DNA from: Paludibacteraceae bacterium
GTDB taxonomy: Bacteria > Bacteroidota > Bacteroidia > Bacteroidales > Paludibacteraceae
DNA length: 64,000 bases
Assembly (NCBI GenBank): GCA_017559385.1
Contig: JAFYSK010000051.1
Span: forward strand, 25,778 to 89,777
Direction of reading: 5' to 3'
In this document: piece after piece, positions 52,025-63,380 of the stretch
Layout: each line of letters starts with the position of its first letter
Position numbering within the stretch: the stretch's first letter is position 1
Position numbers and translations under genes: made by a program
Notes under the pieces: model-generated
What the model was told of the DNA's origin: nothing
The model's input: the letters and a program-made list of their open reading frames with translations, nothing else
Databases searched by the model: none

Positions 52025-55000
52025 ATGGGTTTTATTGACATTATTACGAAACTATTTGGCAACAAGTCTCAAAAGGATATGAAGGCTGTTATGCCATACG
52101 TAGATAAGATCAAAACAGTGTATGCAGAGATAGATGCACTAAGTGATGATGATTTGCGTGCACGTAGCGCATTGTTGATGCAACGCTTGCAAGATGCAGT
52201 GGCTGATAATAAAAGCAAAATCATAGAATTAAAAGCAGGTATCGAGGAGCTAGAGATTGATCAACGCGAGAAAGTATATAATGAGATCGATCATCTTCAA
52301 AAACAGGTGCTTGATATCTATGATAAGACATTGATGGATATATTGCCTGATGCATTTGCTATTGTTAAGAGTACTGCGCGTCGTTTCGCTCAGAACGAAA
52401 CCATTGAGGTTACCGCTACCTCGATGGATCGCGACTTGGCTGCCGATCCTCGTTTTGACTTTGTTGAAATCGAAGGTGACAAAGCAATCTATCATAACTC
52501 ATGGACTGCTGGTGGTAACGAAGTGATATGGGATATGGTGCACTACGATGTGCAACTCATTGGTGGTATAGTTCTACACGAAGGTAAGATCGCAGAGATG
52601 GCCACAGGTGAAGGTAAGACCTTGGTGGCTACATTGCCAGTCTTCCTCAATGCCTTGACCCACGAAGGTGTTCATGTGGTGACTGTCAACGATTATCTGG
52701 CTAAACGTGACTCAGAATGGATGGGTCCTCTATACATGTTCCATGGTTTGACGGTAGATTGTATTGACAAACACAAACCTAATTCAGACGAACGACGCAA
52801 AGCATATGCTTGTGATATCACTTTTGGTACAAATAATGAGTTTGGTTTTGACTACTTGCGCGACAATATGGCAACAAGTCCTATGGATCTAGTACAGCGT
52901 AGTCATAATTATGCTATTGTGGATGAGGTGGACTCTGTATTGATTGATGACGCTCGTACGCCGTTGATTATCAGTGGACCAATTCCAAAGGGTGAGGTAC
53001 AAATGTACGATGAATATAAACATCGTGTTGAATTGCTCGTTCGTACTCAAAACTCATTAACGACTAAGTTACTAGCAGAGGCGAAAGCCAAAATGTCAAG
53101 CGAGGACGAAAAGGAGCGCGAAGCTGGTGAGTTGGCGCTCTTCAGAGCATTCAAGGGTATGCCTAAGAGTAAGGCCCTTATTAAATATCTAAGTGAACCC
53201 GGTGTCAAGGTGCGTCTGCAGAAGACAGAGACCTTCTATATGCAGGAGAATGAGAAGAATATGCATATTGCAACCGACGAACTATACTTTGTTATTGATG
53301 AAAAGCATAAGACGATTGAGTTGACAGATAAGGGTATTGATACCTTGACTGGTAACACAGATGACCCTAAGTTCTTTGTGCTTCCTGATGTGGGTTCCGA
53401 GGTGGCTGAAATTGAAAAGTCATCTTTGTCTGCCGAGGAGAAACAGCAGAAGAAGGATGAAATCCTAGCAAGTTACAGCATCAAGTCAGAACGTGTGCAT
53501 ACCGTTCACCAACTGCTCAAAGCATACACTCTCTTTGAGAAGGATGTAGACTATATCATTGATGATAATCAAGTAAAGATCGTTGACGAGCAAACGGGTC
53601 GTGTTATGGATGGCCGTCGTTGGTCCGATGGATTGCATCAAGCTGTCGAGGCAAAGGAGAATGTTAAGGTTGAAGGAGCTACCCAAACCTTTGCTACCAT
53701 TACCTTGCAAAACTACTTCCGTATGTACCACAAACTTGCAGGTATGACCGGTACTGCAGAAACAGAGGCAGGTGAGTTTTGGAATATCTATAAGTTGGAT
53801 GTGGTAGTAATTCCTACCAATCGACCTATTGCTCGTGATGATATGAATGATAGATTATATCGTACGAAACGCGAGAAGTATAATGCGGTAATTGAGGAGA
53901 TCGTTCAGCTTGTAGCTGCAGGTCGCCCTGTACTTGTTGGTACTACATCTGTGGAGATCAGTGAGTTGCTTAGCCGAATGCTCAATATCCGCAAGATCAA
54001 ACATAATGTATTGAATGCTAAGCTCCACCAACATGAGGCCATGATTGTTGCAGAGGCTGGTCGCCCAGGCGTAGTAACTATTGCAACCAATATGGCCGGT
54101 CGTGGTACCGATATCAAGCTTACTCAAGCGGTTAAGGATGCTGGTGGTTTGGCTATCATTGGTACTGAGCGTCATGAGAGCCGTCGCGTGGATCGCCAGT
54201 TGCGTGGTCGTGCTGGTCGTCAGGGTGACCCAGGTTCTAGTGTGTTTTACCTGAGTATGGAGGATGATTTGATGCGTATGTTTGGTTCGGAGCGTCTTGC
54301 TGGACTCATGGATAAGATGGGTATTCAAGAAGGCGAGGTTATTGAACATAATATGATGTCTAATGCTGTTGAACGCGCTCAAAAGAAGGTAGAGGAAAAC
54401 AACTTTGGTATGCGTAAACGACTCATTGAGTACGATGATGTCATGAATCAACAGCGTAATGTTATCTATGCAAAACGCCACCACGCCTTGATGGGTGAAC
54501 GTATCGGAGTAGATATCACCAACATGATTTATGACACTGCATATGCAATGCTTGAGAATGCTCGAGCTATGATGGATTATGAGGGATTGCAACTCGATGT
54601 TATGCAAGTGTTTGCTATGGAAGTGCCATTTGACGAAGATACCTTCCGTTCTGGCAGAGAAAATGTCCTATCTGATAAACTTGCGGAGGCAGCATTGGAT
54701 GTCTTTAAACGTCGCATGGAAACATTGCAAAAAGTGGCATATCCTGTCATTAAGAAAGTATATGAGGAACGTGGTGCAATGTATGAGAATATCCTCATTC
54801 CTATCACAGATGGCAAAAAAGTCTACAATGTAGCGGTCAACCTCAAAGAGGCTTATGAGACAGAATGTAAGGCGATTGTTCGTGAGTTTGAAAAACGCAT
54901 GGTTCTTTTCGTTATTGACGATGAGTGGAAAGATCATCTTCGTCAATTAGATGACTTAAAGCAGTCTGTGCAAAATGCTAGTTATGAGCAAAAGGATCCT

Positions 55001-55351
55001 CTATTGATCTACAAGCTGGAGTCATTCAATATATTCAAACAAATGTTGGACAACTTCAATAGACGCACCATTTCAATTCTGCTGCGTGGTCAGATTCCTA
55101 ATCGAGATCCTGAGGATGTGCGTCAAGCACATGCACAACAACGCCAGGATTATTCACGCTATCGTACCCAGAAGGATGCTGTAGCTAAGGCTGCAGCTGC
55201 TAGCGGACAAGCTGCTGCTGCGGGTAGAGATACACGCGAGCAACAACGCCCAGAGCCTCTTCGTGTGGAGAAAAAACCACGCCCTAATGATCCATGTCCT
55301 TGTGGATCAGGCAAAAAGTATAAACAGTGTCACGGTAAAATCGAAGCATGA
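52025..55351 (+). CDS. secA: Preprotein translocase ATPase SecA
   Basis: Walker [33 protein letters not shown], and the C-terminal zinc motif [14 protein letters not shown]. Confidence 0.97.
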   Translation: MGFIDIITKLFGNKSQKDMKAVMPYVDKIKTVYAEIDALSDDDLRARSALLMQRLQDAVADNKSKIIELKAGIEELEIDQREKVYNEIDHLQKQVLDIYDKTLMDILPDAFAIVKSTARRFAQNETIEVTATSMDRDLAADPRFDFVEIEGDKAIYHNSWTAGGNEVIWDMVHYDVQLIGGIVLHEGKIAEMATGEGKTLVATLPVFLNALTHEGVHVVTVNDYLAKRDSEWMGPLYMFHGLTVDCIDKHKPNSDERRKAYACDITFGTNNEFGFDYLRDNMATSPMDLVQRSHNYAIVDEVDSVLIDDARTPLIISGPIPKGEVQMYDEYKHRVELLVRTQNSLTTKLLAEAKAKMSSEDEKEREAGELALFRAFKGMPKSKALIKYLSEPGVKVRLQKTETFYMQENEKNMHIATDELYFVIDEKHKTIELTDKGIDTLTGNTDDPKFFVLPDVGSEVAEIEKSSLSAEEKQQKKDEILASYSIKSERVHTVHQLLKAYTLFEKDVDYIIDDNQVKIVDEQTGRVMDGRRWSDGLHQAVEAKENVKVEGATQTFATITLQNYFRMYHKLAGMTGTAETEAGEFWNIYKLDVVVIPTNRPIARDDMNDRLYRTKREKYNAVIEEIVQLVAAGRPVLVGTTSVEISELLSRMLNIRKIKHNVLNAKLHQHEAMIVAEAGRPGVVTIATNMAGRGTDIKLTQAVKDAGGLAIIGTERHESRRVDRQLRGRAGRQGDPGSSVFYLSMEDDLMRMFGSERLAGLMDKMGIQEGEVIEHNMMSNAVERAQKKVEENNFGMRKRLIEYDDVMNQQRNVIYAKRHHALMGERIGVDITNMIYDTAYAMLENARAMMDYEGLQLDVMQVFAMEVPFDEDTFRSGRENVLSDKLAEAALDVFKRRMETLQKVAYPVIKKVYEERGAMYENILIPITDGKKVYNVAVNLKEAYETECKAIVREFEKRMVLFVIDDEWKDHLRQLDDLKQSVQNASYEQKDPLLIYKLESFNIFKQMLDNFNRRTISILLRGQIPNRDPEDVRQAHAQQRQDYSRYRTQKDAVAKAAAASGQAAAAGRDTREQQRPEPLRVEKKPRPNDPCPCGSGKKYKQCHGKIEA

Positions 55352-56259
55352 TGTTAGGATTTATAACATGGAATGTCGATCCAATTCTGATTCACATTGG
55401 AAATGGAGGTATTCGTTGGTATGGTTTGTTATGGGCTGTAGGTATTTATTTGGGATATCTTATACAGGTGAAATTGTATAAGAATGAGCAATGTCCTGAA
55501 GGATGGACCGACAAACTATTTATGTGGATGGTGATTGGTCTGATTATTGGAGCGCGTGTTGGACATTGTTGGTTCTATGAGTGGCACGATGTCACTGCTC
55601 CTAATATGGCCGCATATTGCAACTATATGGGTATCTCTACCGAACCAGTACAAATATTTGGATGGACGATTAATTATCGAAATCCGTATATTGAAAATCC
55701 TTTGCGCTTGCTCAAGATTTGGGAAGGCGGACTATCTAGTCATGGTGGAGCAATTGGTTTGTTGACCGCAGCTTGGTTGCTTAACAAAAAAGTGTTTTCC
55801 AAAGAACCGAAGTTTCATACATCTCTACTTTGGATTATGGATAGATTAGTTGTGGGTGTTTGTGTGGTCGCTACCTTAATTCGATTGGGTAATTTGATGA
55901 ACTCCGAGATATATGGTACACCTACTGATTTGCCTTGGGGATTTATCTTTGTGCGTGATGGACAGACCGTTCCTTGTCATCCTACTCAAATATATGAGAT
56001 GCTATATTGTATTGTAGGTTTCATTGTGACATGGACCATGTATTGGAAGTTCAAAGCATACAAGCGTGAAGGCTTGCTGTTGGGTGTCTTTTTAGAGATC
56101 ATCTTCTTTACCCGTTTTATGCTAGAGTTTATTAAAAATGATCAAGAGGCATTCGAGGCGAATTATTTCTTAAATATGGGACAGTTGCTGTCGCTTCCAT
56201 TTATAATATGGGGTATATATTTAATTATTCGTGCCTATCATAAAACAGTATCGGATTGA
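55348..56259 (+). CDS. lgt: Prolipoprotein diacylglyceryl transferase
   Basis: Multi-TM protein with the [11 protein letters not shown] motif. ATGA overlap with secA. Confidence 0.92.
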   Translation: MMLGFITWNVDPILIHIGNGGIRWYGLLWAVGIYLGYLIQVKLYKNEQCPEGWTDKLFMWMVIGLIIGARVGHCWFYEWHDVTAPNMAAYCNYMGISTEPVQIFGWTINYRNPYIENPLRLLKIWEGGLSSHGGAIGLLTAAWLLNKKVFSKEPKFHTSLLWIMDRLVVGVCVVATLIRLGNLMNSEIYGTPTDLPWGFIFVRDGQTVPCHPTQIYEMLYCIVGFIVTWTMYWKFKAYKREGLLLGVFLEIIFFTRFMLEFIKNDQEAFEANYFLNMGQLLSLPFIIWGIYLIIRAYHKTVSD

Positions 56260-57557
56260 TCAAGTTAAAACACATCATAGCGCTTTTTTTTCTTGGACCT
56301 TCCCTTGTCTCTCTTTCGCAGACGATAAGTCCTGACATTATGTCATTAGGGTTGGTTTCGATTGATGGAATTTACGCAAATAAAATAGATACAATCATTT
56401 CTGTTGATACTACTGATTCTCTGGATACTCACCTGCCGAATGATTCGCTGAATACCGTTGACTCGCTCAATGTGGTTGATACCACCAAACAGACATGTGT
56501 CCATCCATTGTGCTTGCCACTAATGTATGTCCCCGATGCTTTTCTATCTATCAAGGATACTACTCCAGAAGATGCCTATACTATATATGCAATTCGAAGA
56601 AAAGCATTGCGCTATATAACTACACATCATGCAGATTTATATGTGTCCATTAGCGATCCTAATAGACTGAAGAAATTAGAAGTGGGTAAGAGCAAAATGC
56701 GTAAGATTCTAGAGGATGATGATGAAGATCTACAGCCATACATCAAACGCGATGTGCACGGAAAGCCCCGTTATTGGAAGAAAAAAGCGTATTTATCCTT
56801 ACAAATAACGCAAAATTATGCTACCAATAATTGGTATCAAGGACCAGTTAATGCGTTTACTATGCTGGGAAATGCAAAAGCAAATGCTAATTATAAGAGA
56901 GATAATATCTCGTGGGAGAATACGTTCGAATGGAGAGTCGGTGTTAGCACAATTACTGGTGATACGGTCCATAAATTGAACACTACTGACGACCGTTTGC
57001 AAATATATAGTAAATTAGGATATCAGGTGCATAAGCAATGGTATGTTTCAATGTTTGCAGACTTTAAAACAAACCTATTGCCTAATTTTAAAGTAAATTC
57101 CAATCGGCTAAATTCAACATTCTTAACTCCATTATATTATTCGATGGGTATTGGCGCAGATTGCAAAATCTGGAAAGGACTAACAATCAACTTTTCACCC
57201 GTAACTTATAAGATGGTGTATGCTTACATGAGTGATTCCGCCAGAATAAATGTAGCTGATTTTGGTTTGGGACCACAAAATATTAGCCATGAGGTTGGTA
57301 GCTCATTGAGAATGTCCTGGAAATGGAAACCACTTAAAGAGATTGAGCTTGAAACGAAATTTTATTTCTTCACTAATTACAAACAGATAGAAACAGAACT
57401 TGAAGTGAATGTTGATTTTATAATCAATAGATTTATGTCTGCAAAATTGATGTTGCATCCTAGATATGATGGCACAATTGATGCGGTTAATAAGGTAAAA
57501 TCAAAACTTCAGTTTAAAGAGGTGATTAGCTTGGGATTTGCTCATACATTTAGATAG
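56256..57557 (+). CDS. DUF3078-like outer-membrane protein
   Basis: The signal peptide begins at the TTG start ([22 protein letters not shown]). It has ...NWYQGPVNAF... and a C-terminal ...GFAHTFR. The family assignment is from memory. Confidence 0.72.
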   Translation: MIKLKHIIALFFLGPSLVSLSQTISPDIMSLGLVSIDGIYANKIDTIISVDTTDSLDTHLPNDSLNTVDSLNVVDTTKQTCVHPLCLPLMYVPDAFLSIKDTTPEDAYTIYAIRRKALRYITTHHADLYVSISDPNRLKKLEVGKSKMRKILEDDDEDLQPYIKRDVHGKPRYWKKKAYLSLQITQNYATNNWYQGPVNAFTMLGNAKANANYKRDNISWENTFEWRVGVSTITGDTVHKLNTTDDRLQIYSKLGYQVHKQWYVSMFADFKTNLLPNFKVNSNRLNSTFLTPLYYSMGIGADCKIWKGLTINFSPVTYKMVYAYMSDSARINVADFGLGPQNISHEVGSSLRMSWKWKPLKEIELETKFYFFTNYKQIETELEVNVDFIINRFMSAKLMLHPRYDGTIDAVNKVKSKLQFKEVISLGFAHTFR

Positions 57558-57560
57558 AAT

Positions 57561-58499
57561 ATGGATAAGAAAGCAATCAGAATTATTTATATGGGTACGC
57601 CAGACTTTGCAGTCGAAAGTCTGCGCGCTCTAGTTGATGGCGGATATAATGTTGTTGCTGTTGTAACAATGCCAGATAAACCAGCCGGAAGAGGACATCA
57701 TCTACAGTTCTCTGCTGTAAAACAATATGCTTTGTCTGTTGGCTTGCCAGTGTTGCAGCCTGAAAGACTAAAGGATGAAATGTTTCTGGAAGAATTACGT
57801 TCGTATAATGCTGATTTGCAAATCGTAGTAGCATTTCGTATGCTTCCAGAAGTGGTCTGGAATATGCCTCGGTTAGGCACCTTTAATCTGCATGCATCGT
57901 TGTTGCCTCAGTATCGAGGTGCAGCACCTATCAATTGGGCAGTCATGAATGGCGATGTTGAGACTGGGGTAACCACATTCATGTTGCAACACGAGATTGA
58001 TACTGGAAATCTTATTATGCAGCAACGAATCTCTATAGCGGAGGATGAGAATGTGGGCTCTGTGCATGATCGATTGATGCTGTTGGGGGCTACATTGGTT
58101 ACCCAAACAGTTGATGCGATTATCACTGCAGATGCCAATGGAGTTGACTTGCAGACTACTCCTCAGGTGGACTCTGCTGAACTCAAACCTGCTCCTAAAA
58201 TATTCAAAGATACCTGCATGATTGATTTCTCATGGGATGCTAACCGCATTCGCAACCATGTACGAGGTCTTAGCCCTTATCCTGGTGCGTGGATAGCGGA
58301 ACTACCAACCAATCACCCGCTAGCAGATATTCTAAAGGGAGCAAAAGTGTATAAGGTTGAACTCGCAAATCAATCAGATATCAAAGGACATATCATTATA
58401 CCTTGCTTAGATGGATATGTTGACGTTATTGAACTTCAGTTGCCTGGCAAGAAGCGCATGAATGCTTCGGCTCTTCTTAATGGCTTGAAAAACAAATGA
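57561..58499 (+). CDS. fmt: Methionyl-tRNA formyltransferase
   Basis: IIYMGTPDFAV... and HASLLPQYRGAAPINWA motifs. Confidence 0.95.
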   Translation: MDKKAIRIIYMGTPDFAVESLRALVDGGYNVVAVVTMPDKPAGRGHHLQFSAVKQYALSVGLPVLQPERLKDEMFLEELRSYNADLQIVVAFRMLPEVVWNMPRLGTFNLHASLLPQYRGAAPINWAVMNGDVETGVTTFMLQHEIDTGNLIMQQRISIAEDENVGSVHDRLMLLGATLVTQTVDAIITADANGVDLQTTPQVDSAELKPAPKIFKDTCMIDFSWDANRIRNHVRGLSPYPGAWIAELPTNHPLADILKGAKVYKVELANQSDIKGHIIIPCLDGYVDVIELQLPGKKRMNASALLNGLKNK

Positions 58500-58506
58500 T
58501 TCTCTT

Positions 58507-59361
58507 ATGGTTATAGCAGTTTTTGGAAATACTCTTCGTCCAGATACGATTTCGGAAGTAAAGCATATTGTTGAATTCTTACAACTGCGTGGTATTACCG
58601 TTGTATTGTCTCCAGAATTGAGACATGATGTCTTTTCCCGTGATATACCTTCGGTGGAAGACTATGTGGCAACTACTGGCGAAACTATTGATTTTGCAAT
58701 TTCTGTTGGCGGTGATGGTACATTCCTGACTACAGCATCTATGGTGGGACATCTTAATATTCCAATCTTAGGTATTAATTGTGGCCATCTGGGATATCTT
58801 GCAGAAGTGCAAACTGGCGATGTTGATTATGTCTTAGATCAATTGATAAATAACCAATATACGATTGAAAAAAGATGTATGTTGGAGGTGTCTAGCTCCA
58901 AGGGTGGAAAAATTGTTTCCCCATTTGCTCTAAACGAAGTGGCAATCTTAAAGTCAGGCTTGAGCAGTATGATTACGGTAGAAGTAACACTCAATGGCGA
59001 GTTTTTGCATAGTTATAAGGCGGATGGCTTGCTTGTTGCAACACCTACAGGATCAACGGCTTATAATCTCAGTGTCGGTGGTCCATTGCTTGATCCGCAT
59101 GTCAACGCAATCATTCTTTCTCCTGTTGCGACACATAGCCTCAATATCCGACCTCTAGTGGTTCAAGATGATAGTAAGATTGATCTAAAGATTTCTAGTC
59201 GAAATGGTAACTATATGGTCAGTGTAGATGGCCGTAGTCAAGTGGTGAATCAAGATATACAATTGCATATTGAACGATCGTCAAGAACGATTAAATTGGT
59301 CCGTGTGTCTGGTCAGACATTTATGCGTTCTCTTAAAGATAAACTGAATTGGGGTAGATAA
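58507..59361 (+). CDS. nadK: NAD+ kinase
   Basis: GGDGTFL motif and ...ATPTGSTAYNLS.GGP.... Confidence 0.93.
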   Translation: MVIAVFGNTLRPDTISEVKHIVEFLQLRGITVVLSPELRHDVFSRDIPSVEDYVATTGETIDFAISVGGDGTFLTTASMVGHLNIPILGINCGHLGYLAEVQTGDVDYVLDQLINNQYTIEKRCMLEVSSSKGGKIVSPFALNEVAILKSGLSSMITVEVTLNGEFLHSYKADGLLVATPTGSTAYNLSVGGPLLDPHVNAIILSPVATHSLNIRPLVVQDDSKIDLKISSRNGNYMVSVDGRSQVVNQDIQLHIERSSRTIKLVRVSGQTFMRSLKDKLNWGR

Positions 59362-59368
59362 GATATTT

Positions 59369-59926
59369 ATGATTGATTATTTGGCTATTATCAATAAATA
59401 TTGTGCGGGTAACGAGGAACTGAAGACTATTTTGATTACTCACTCTCGCCAAGTTGCTGACCGAGCTTTACTTATCCTTTCCCAGCATCCTGAGTGGATC
59501 GAATCGGGCCTAGTAGATCCTGTTTTTGTTGAAGAGGCTGCCATGTTACACGATATAGGAGTCACGTTATGTGATGCTCCGCGCATTCATTGTCTTGGGA
59601 CTCATCAATACATTGAGCATGGATATTTGGGAGCGCAGATTTTGCGAGAAGAGGGGTTGTCCAAGCATGCCGCTGTCGCAGAACGACATACAGGTACTGG
59701 AATTAGCATCGATCAAATTGTTCGTGAAAATTTGCCTATACCGTTAGCAGATTATTCGCCTCGTACAATGGAGGAGTGTTTGATTTGCTATGCCGACAAG
59801 TTTTATTCAAAAACAAAACTAAATCAAGAAAAACCTTATAGCAAAATTCGCCTACACTTGTGGAAATATGGATCAGATACGGTTGCTAAATTCGATGAAA
59901 TGCAAAGCATGTTTGAACCGGATTAG
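59369..59926 (+). CDS. HD/HDIG-domain phosphohydrolase
   Basis: ...AAMLHDIG... H..HD metal motif. Confidence 0.82.
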   Translation: MIDYLAIINKYCAGNEELKTILITHSRQVADRALLILSQHPEWIESGLVDPVFVEEAAMLHDIGVTLCDAPRIHCLGTHQYIEHGYLGAQILREEGLSKHAAVAERHTGTGISIDQIVRENLPIPLADYSPRTMEECLICYADKFYSKTKLNQEKPYSKIRLHLWKYGSDTVAKFDEMQSMFEPD

Positions 59927-60076
59927 GTATAATGCCAAGATGTTGTGAAGTAACCTACGATAATATTTCTATCTGAAAAATAGCAGAAAAATCAATATAT
60001 ATTAGTTAACTTAATATTGCGTTATCTTTTTTTTAGAAAAATGCATATGCGTCTTGCATATTTGCATTTTTTTTTG

Positions 60077-60084
60077 TACCTTTG
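60077..60084 (+). promoter_or_regulatory. -7 box TACCTTTG for pdxJ
   Basis: It sits in the context tttttttgtacctttgc, 39 nt upstream of the ATG at 60123. Confidence 0.6.
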
Positions 60085-60122
60085 CACCGGAATACATATT
60101 GGGCACTTCTATCTAAACAGTT

Positions 60123-60845
60123 ATGACTCGTTTAAGCGTAAATATTAATAAAATTGCAACATTGCGTAATGCACGCGGTGGAAATCTTCCGGATGTAGAA
60201 CTCTTTGCTCGCGATTGTGAAGCATATGGCGCAGAAGGAATTACGGTACATCCTCGTCCTGACGAACGTCATATTCGCCGCACGGATGTTTATGCGCTTA
60301 AGTCGTTGGTGCAGACCGAGTTTAATATAGAGGGTAATCCCGAACCCGAGTTTATCGATTTGGTGCTAAATGTTAAGCCTCATCAAGTGACTTTGGTGCC
60401 CGACGCAAGAGAACAATTGACGAGTAATCATGGTTGGGATACGCGGGCGCATCAGGCAAAACTGGCAACAATCATACAGCGATTCAAAAATGCCGGGATT
60501 CGTGTCTCTGTTTTTGTTGATCCAGATCCTGTTATGGTTGAATATGCAGCTAGAGCAGGTTCTGATCGTGTTGAGTTGTATACGGGCCCATATGCCGAGA
60601 TGTATGATAATGACCCACAACGTGCAATCGAATATTATAGATCTGCTGCTGAGAAAGCACGTGATTTGGGGCTTGGGCTAAATGCAGGACATGATCTTAA
60701 TCTCCGTAATCTCCCTGACTTCATTAAGGCCTTCCCATGGGTGGATGAAGTTAGTATAGGACATGCACTTATAGCAGATGCGTTATATTTAGGAATACAA
60801 GAAACTATTAAACAATACAAATATGCTCTTTCAAATTCAAACTGA
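60123..60845 (+). CDS. pdxJ: Pyridoxine 5'-phosphate synthase
   Basis: [17 protein letters not shown]... and HPRPDERHI motifs. Confidence 0.95.
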   Translation: MTRLSVNINKIATLRNARGGNLPDVELFARDCEAYGAEGITVHPRPDERHIRRTDVYALKSLVQTEFNIEGNPEPEFIDLVLNVKPHQVTLVPDAREQLTSNHGWDTRAHQAKLATIIQRFKNAGIRVSVFVDPDPVMVEYAARAGSDRVELYTGPYAEMYDNDPQRAIEYYRSAAEKARDLGLGLNAGHDLNLRNLPDFIKAFPWVDEVSIGHALIADALYLGIQETIKQYKYALSNSN

Positions 60846-61533
60846 CATTGACACAAATTTAGTGGCTTCTGTGCAAGAAACAGTGGCTGTAGTAGAAGAA
60901 CCGGTTCAAGAGTCAATTAATTTATTTACCATGGCTGGCTATGGTGGATGGATTATGATCGTTCTTGCTCTTATGTTAGCCTTTGCTATCTATTTGTTTA
61001 TTGAACGAATGGTTGTAATTACCAAGGCTACCAAAGAGGATAAGACTTTCATGGATCGTATTCGTGACTTTATCAAGGAAGGAAATATAGATTCAGCCAT
61101 TAAGTTGTGTAACAAGGAAAATACTCCATCTGCACGCATGATTGAGAAAGGTGTTACACGTATTGGTCGTCCTATGCAAGATGTACAGGTGGCTATCGAA
61201 AATGTAGGTAACCTTGAGGTTAGTAAGCTAGAGAAAGGCTTGGTTCTAATGGCTACTATTGCTGCTGGTGCACCTATGCTTGGTTTTTTGGGTACTGTGC
61301 TTGGTATGATCCAAACTTTCTTCAATATGGCGCAAACCTCTACTGGCGTAATTGAGTTGTCTTCGCTTTCTGCTGGTATGTATCAAGCAATGGTTACCAC
61401 CGTCGGTGGTTTGATTGTGGGTATTCTTGCGATGTTTGCATACAACCTGCTCGTGTCTCGTATTGATAGAGTGGTGCGTCAATTAGAGTCACGCACAATG
61501 GAGTTCATGGATCTACTCAACGAACCAGCATAA
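60823..61533 (+). CDS. exbB: MotA/TolQ/ExbB proton-channel protein
   Basis: Three TM helices with ...[11 protein letters not shown].... The start is uncertain: 60823 overlaps pdxJ by 23 nt, and the next Met is at 60931. Confidence 0.85.
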   Translation: MLFQIQTDIDTNLVASVQETVAVVEEPVQESINLFTMAGYGGWIMIVLALMLAFAIYLFIERMVVITKATKEDKTFMDRIRDFIKEGNIDSAIKLCNKENTPSARMIEKGVTRIGRPMQDVQVAIENVGNLEVSKLEKGLVLMATIAAGAPMLGFLGTVLGMIQTFFNMAQTSTGVIELSSLSAGMYQAMVTTVGGLIVGILAMFAYNLLVSRIDRVVRQLESRTMEFMDLLNEPA

Positions 61534-61574
61534 TTCTAAAAAAATCAACAACCTATTCCATAGAATACAAACTT

Positions 61575-61982
61575 ATGGCATTGAAAAGAAGAAATAGGGT
61601 AGAGGCTACTTTTGCTATGTCGTCAATGACTGACTTAGTGTTCTTGTTGCTGTTGTTTTTTGTGATGGCCAGTACGATGTCTTCTCCCAATGATATCAAG
61701 ATTAACCTACCTCAGTCGCGCGCTAATACAACAACCAAACAAGTCGTAGCTAAGGTTTTTATAGATAATCTTGGTAATTATTCTGTAGCACTTGACAAGG
61801 AATTGCCAGTCTCTATCTCATCGGATATGCTAGAGGCATATCTAGCTACAATCCAACGGCGTGATAGTGCTATGTGTATTGCGCTTCATGCTGATCAAGA
61901 TATTGCGTATCGCGAAGTGGTTCATGTTCTCGATATTGCTAATCAACATAAAATGAAAATAGTAATAGCTACTAAAAAGTGA
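61575..61982 (+). CDS. exbD: Biopolymer transporter ExbD/TolR
   Basis: Single N-terminal TM helix (MTDLVFLLLLFF) with the size and position expected of ExbD. Confidence 0.9.
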   Translation: MALKRRNRVEATFAMSSMTDLVFLLLLFFVMASTMSSPNDIKINLPQSRANTTTKQVVAKVFIDNLGNYSVALDKELPVSISSDMLEAYLATIQRRDSAMCIALHADQDIAYREVVHVLDIANQHKMKIVIATKK

Positions 61983-62803
61983 TCGAGAAATATAAATCCC
62001 ATATTATAGCTGCCTTGGGAACCTTGTTATTCATGGGGCTCGTGTTCTTGTTGCTTTGGATTTTGCGACTAGATTTTATCGAACCAATTGAAGATGAGGG
62101 AATTGTCGTTACCTTTGGCTATGCAGAAGATGGTGGTGGAATGGAACAAGCTAATCCTATCGAGGACGAAGCTGAACCACAAATCGAACAAACACCTGCA
62201 CCCCCTACAGTCGTTACGCCCTCAAAAAATGAATTGATGGTTCAAGATTCGGATGAGACCTTGGCGCTGAATAAACAGTCAGAGGACAAGGAAAAGGATG
62301 GTCAGGAGGAGGAATTGATTCGTAAGAGAAAAGAACAAGAGGCGCTTGCTGAAGCTGAGCGTCAAGAACAAGAAAAACTACTTGCAGAGCAAAAGGCACA
62401 GCAAGATAAAATAGATAAGGCTAACAAACTAGGCTCTTTATTCGGCGGTTCAAATAACTCTGATGGAGGTAACGGGCAGGAGCAGAATTCTTCGCCGCAG
62501 GTTCAAGGCAATCCTGTAGGAAAAGGTTCTGGTACTGTGGGCGGAAACAATTGGGAATTAGCCGGTCGTGATTGCAAAGCTTTACCTAAACCTGATTTGA
62601 AATTTAATCAGGCAGGAAAAGTAGTGGTTGATATTATTGTGAATGAAAAAGGTGAAGTAATTAGTGTTAAAGTAGGCGGTGGTTCTACAGTCTCGGATGA
62701 AGAGACACAAAAGTTAGCTCTAGCAGCTGCGAAAAAAGCTAAATTCACACCTGGAGACGGAACTCAAAAAGGAAAAATTGTATATATATTTAAATTCAAT
62801 TAG
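61979..62803 (+). CDS. tonB: TonB-family energy transducer
   Basis: GTG start in a GTGA overlap with exbD. N-terminal TM helix, a Glu/Lys/Pro-rich linker and a C-terminal TonB_C-like ...GKVVVDIIVNEKGEVISVKV.... Confidence 0.82.
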   Translation: MIEKYKSHIIAALGTLLFMGLVFLLLWILRLDFIEPIEDEGIVVTFGYAEDGGGMEQANPIEDEAEPQIEQTPAPPTVVTPSKNELMVQDSDETLALNKQSEDKEKDGQEEELIRKRKEQEALAEAERQEQEKLLAEQKAQQDKIDKANKLGSLFGGSNNSDGGNGQEQNSSPQVQGNPVGKGSGTVGGNNWELAGRDCKALPKPDLKFNQAGKVVVDIIVNEKGEVISVKVGGGSTVSDEETQKLALAAAKKAKFTPGDGTQKGKIVYIFKFN

Positions 62804-62811
62804 ATTAAACT

Positions 62812-63339
62812 ATGAATTACATTTTTTTGGATAATGGATTTGAGGAGATAGAGGCGATAACTACTATCGATTTGCTCAGACGAGCTAATATTGCGTTGAC
62901 AACTGTTTCTGTTACGGGTGACATTCTTGTGACGGGAGCTCATGCTATTCCTGTGAAAGCAGATAAATTATTCGGCGATCTTACTTTTGAGGATGCCGAG
63001 ATGCTTATCTTACCAGGTGGAGCAACCAATTTGATCGATTCCAAACCTCTCTGTGACTTGTTGATTCAGCATAATAACGACAATAAATTGATTGCTGCTA
63101 TTTGTGCGGCTCCTGCTGTGTTGGGTCAATTAGGTATCCTCGATGGAAAACAGGCTACTTGTTATCCTGGCTTTGAAAATCATCTTGCTGAAAGTCATGT
63201 CGGTGGACTTGTGGTTGAATCTCACAATATTATCACAGCCAAAGGACCTGGCCTGAGCAGTGATTTCGCATTTTGTATCATTGAGAAACTTGTTGGCAGT
63301 GAAGTCGCTGATCAAGTATATGATGCAGCACAATATTAA
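62812..63339 (+). CDS. DJ-1/PfpI-family protein
   Basis: Nucleophile elbow AAICAAP and a size of 175 aa. Confidence 0.88.
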   Translation: MNYIFLDNGFEEIEAITTIDLLRRANIALTTVSVTGDILVTGAHAIPVKADKLFGDLTFEDAEMLILPGGATNLIDSKPLCDLLIQHNNDNKLIAAICAAPAVLGQLGILDGKQATCYPGFENHLAESHVGGLVVESHNIITAKGPGLSSDFAFCIIEKLVGSEVADQVYDAAQY

Positions 63340-63380
63340 TTTCTATTCATGTATATATTAACTTCAAATTATATTAATTT

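Noticed and set aside
53855-54607. 250-aa minus-strand ORF and other antisense ORFs within secA
   Set aside because: They lie inside secA, which is unambiguous on the plus strand.
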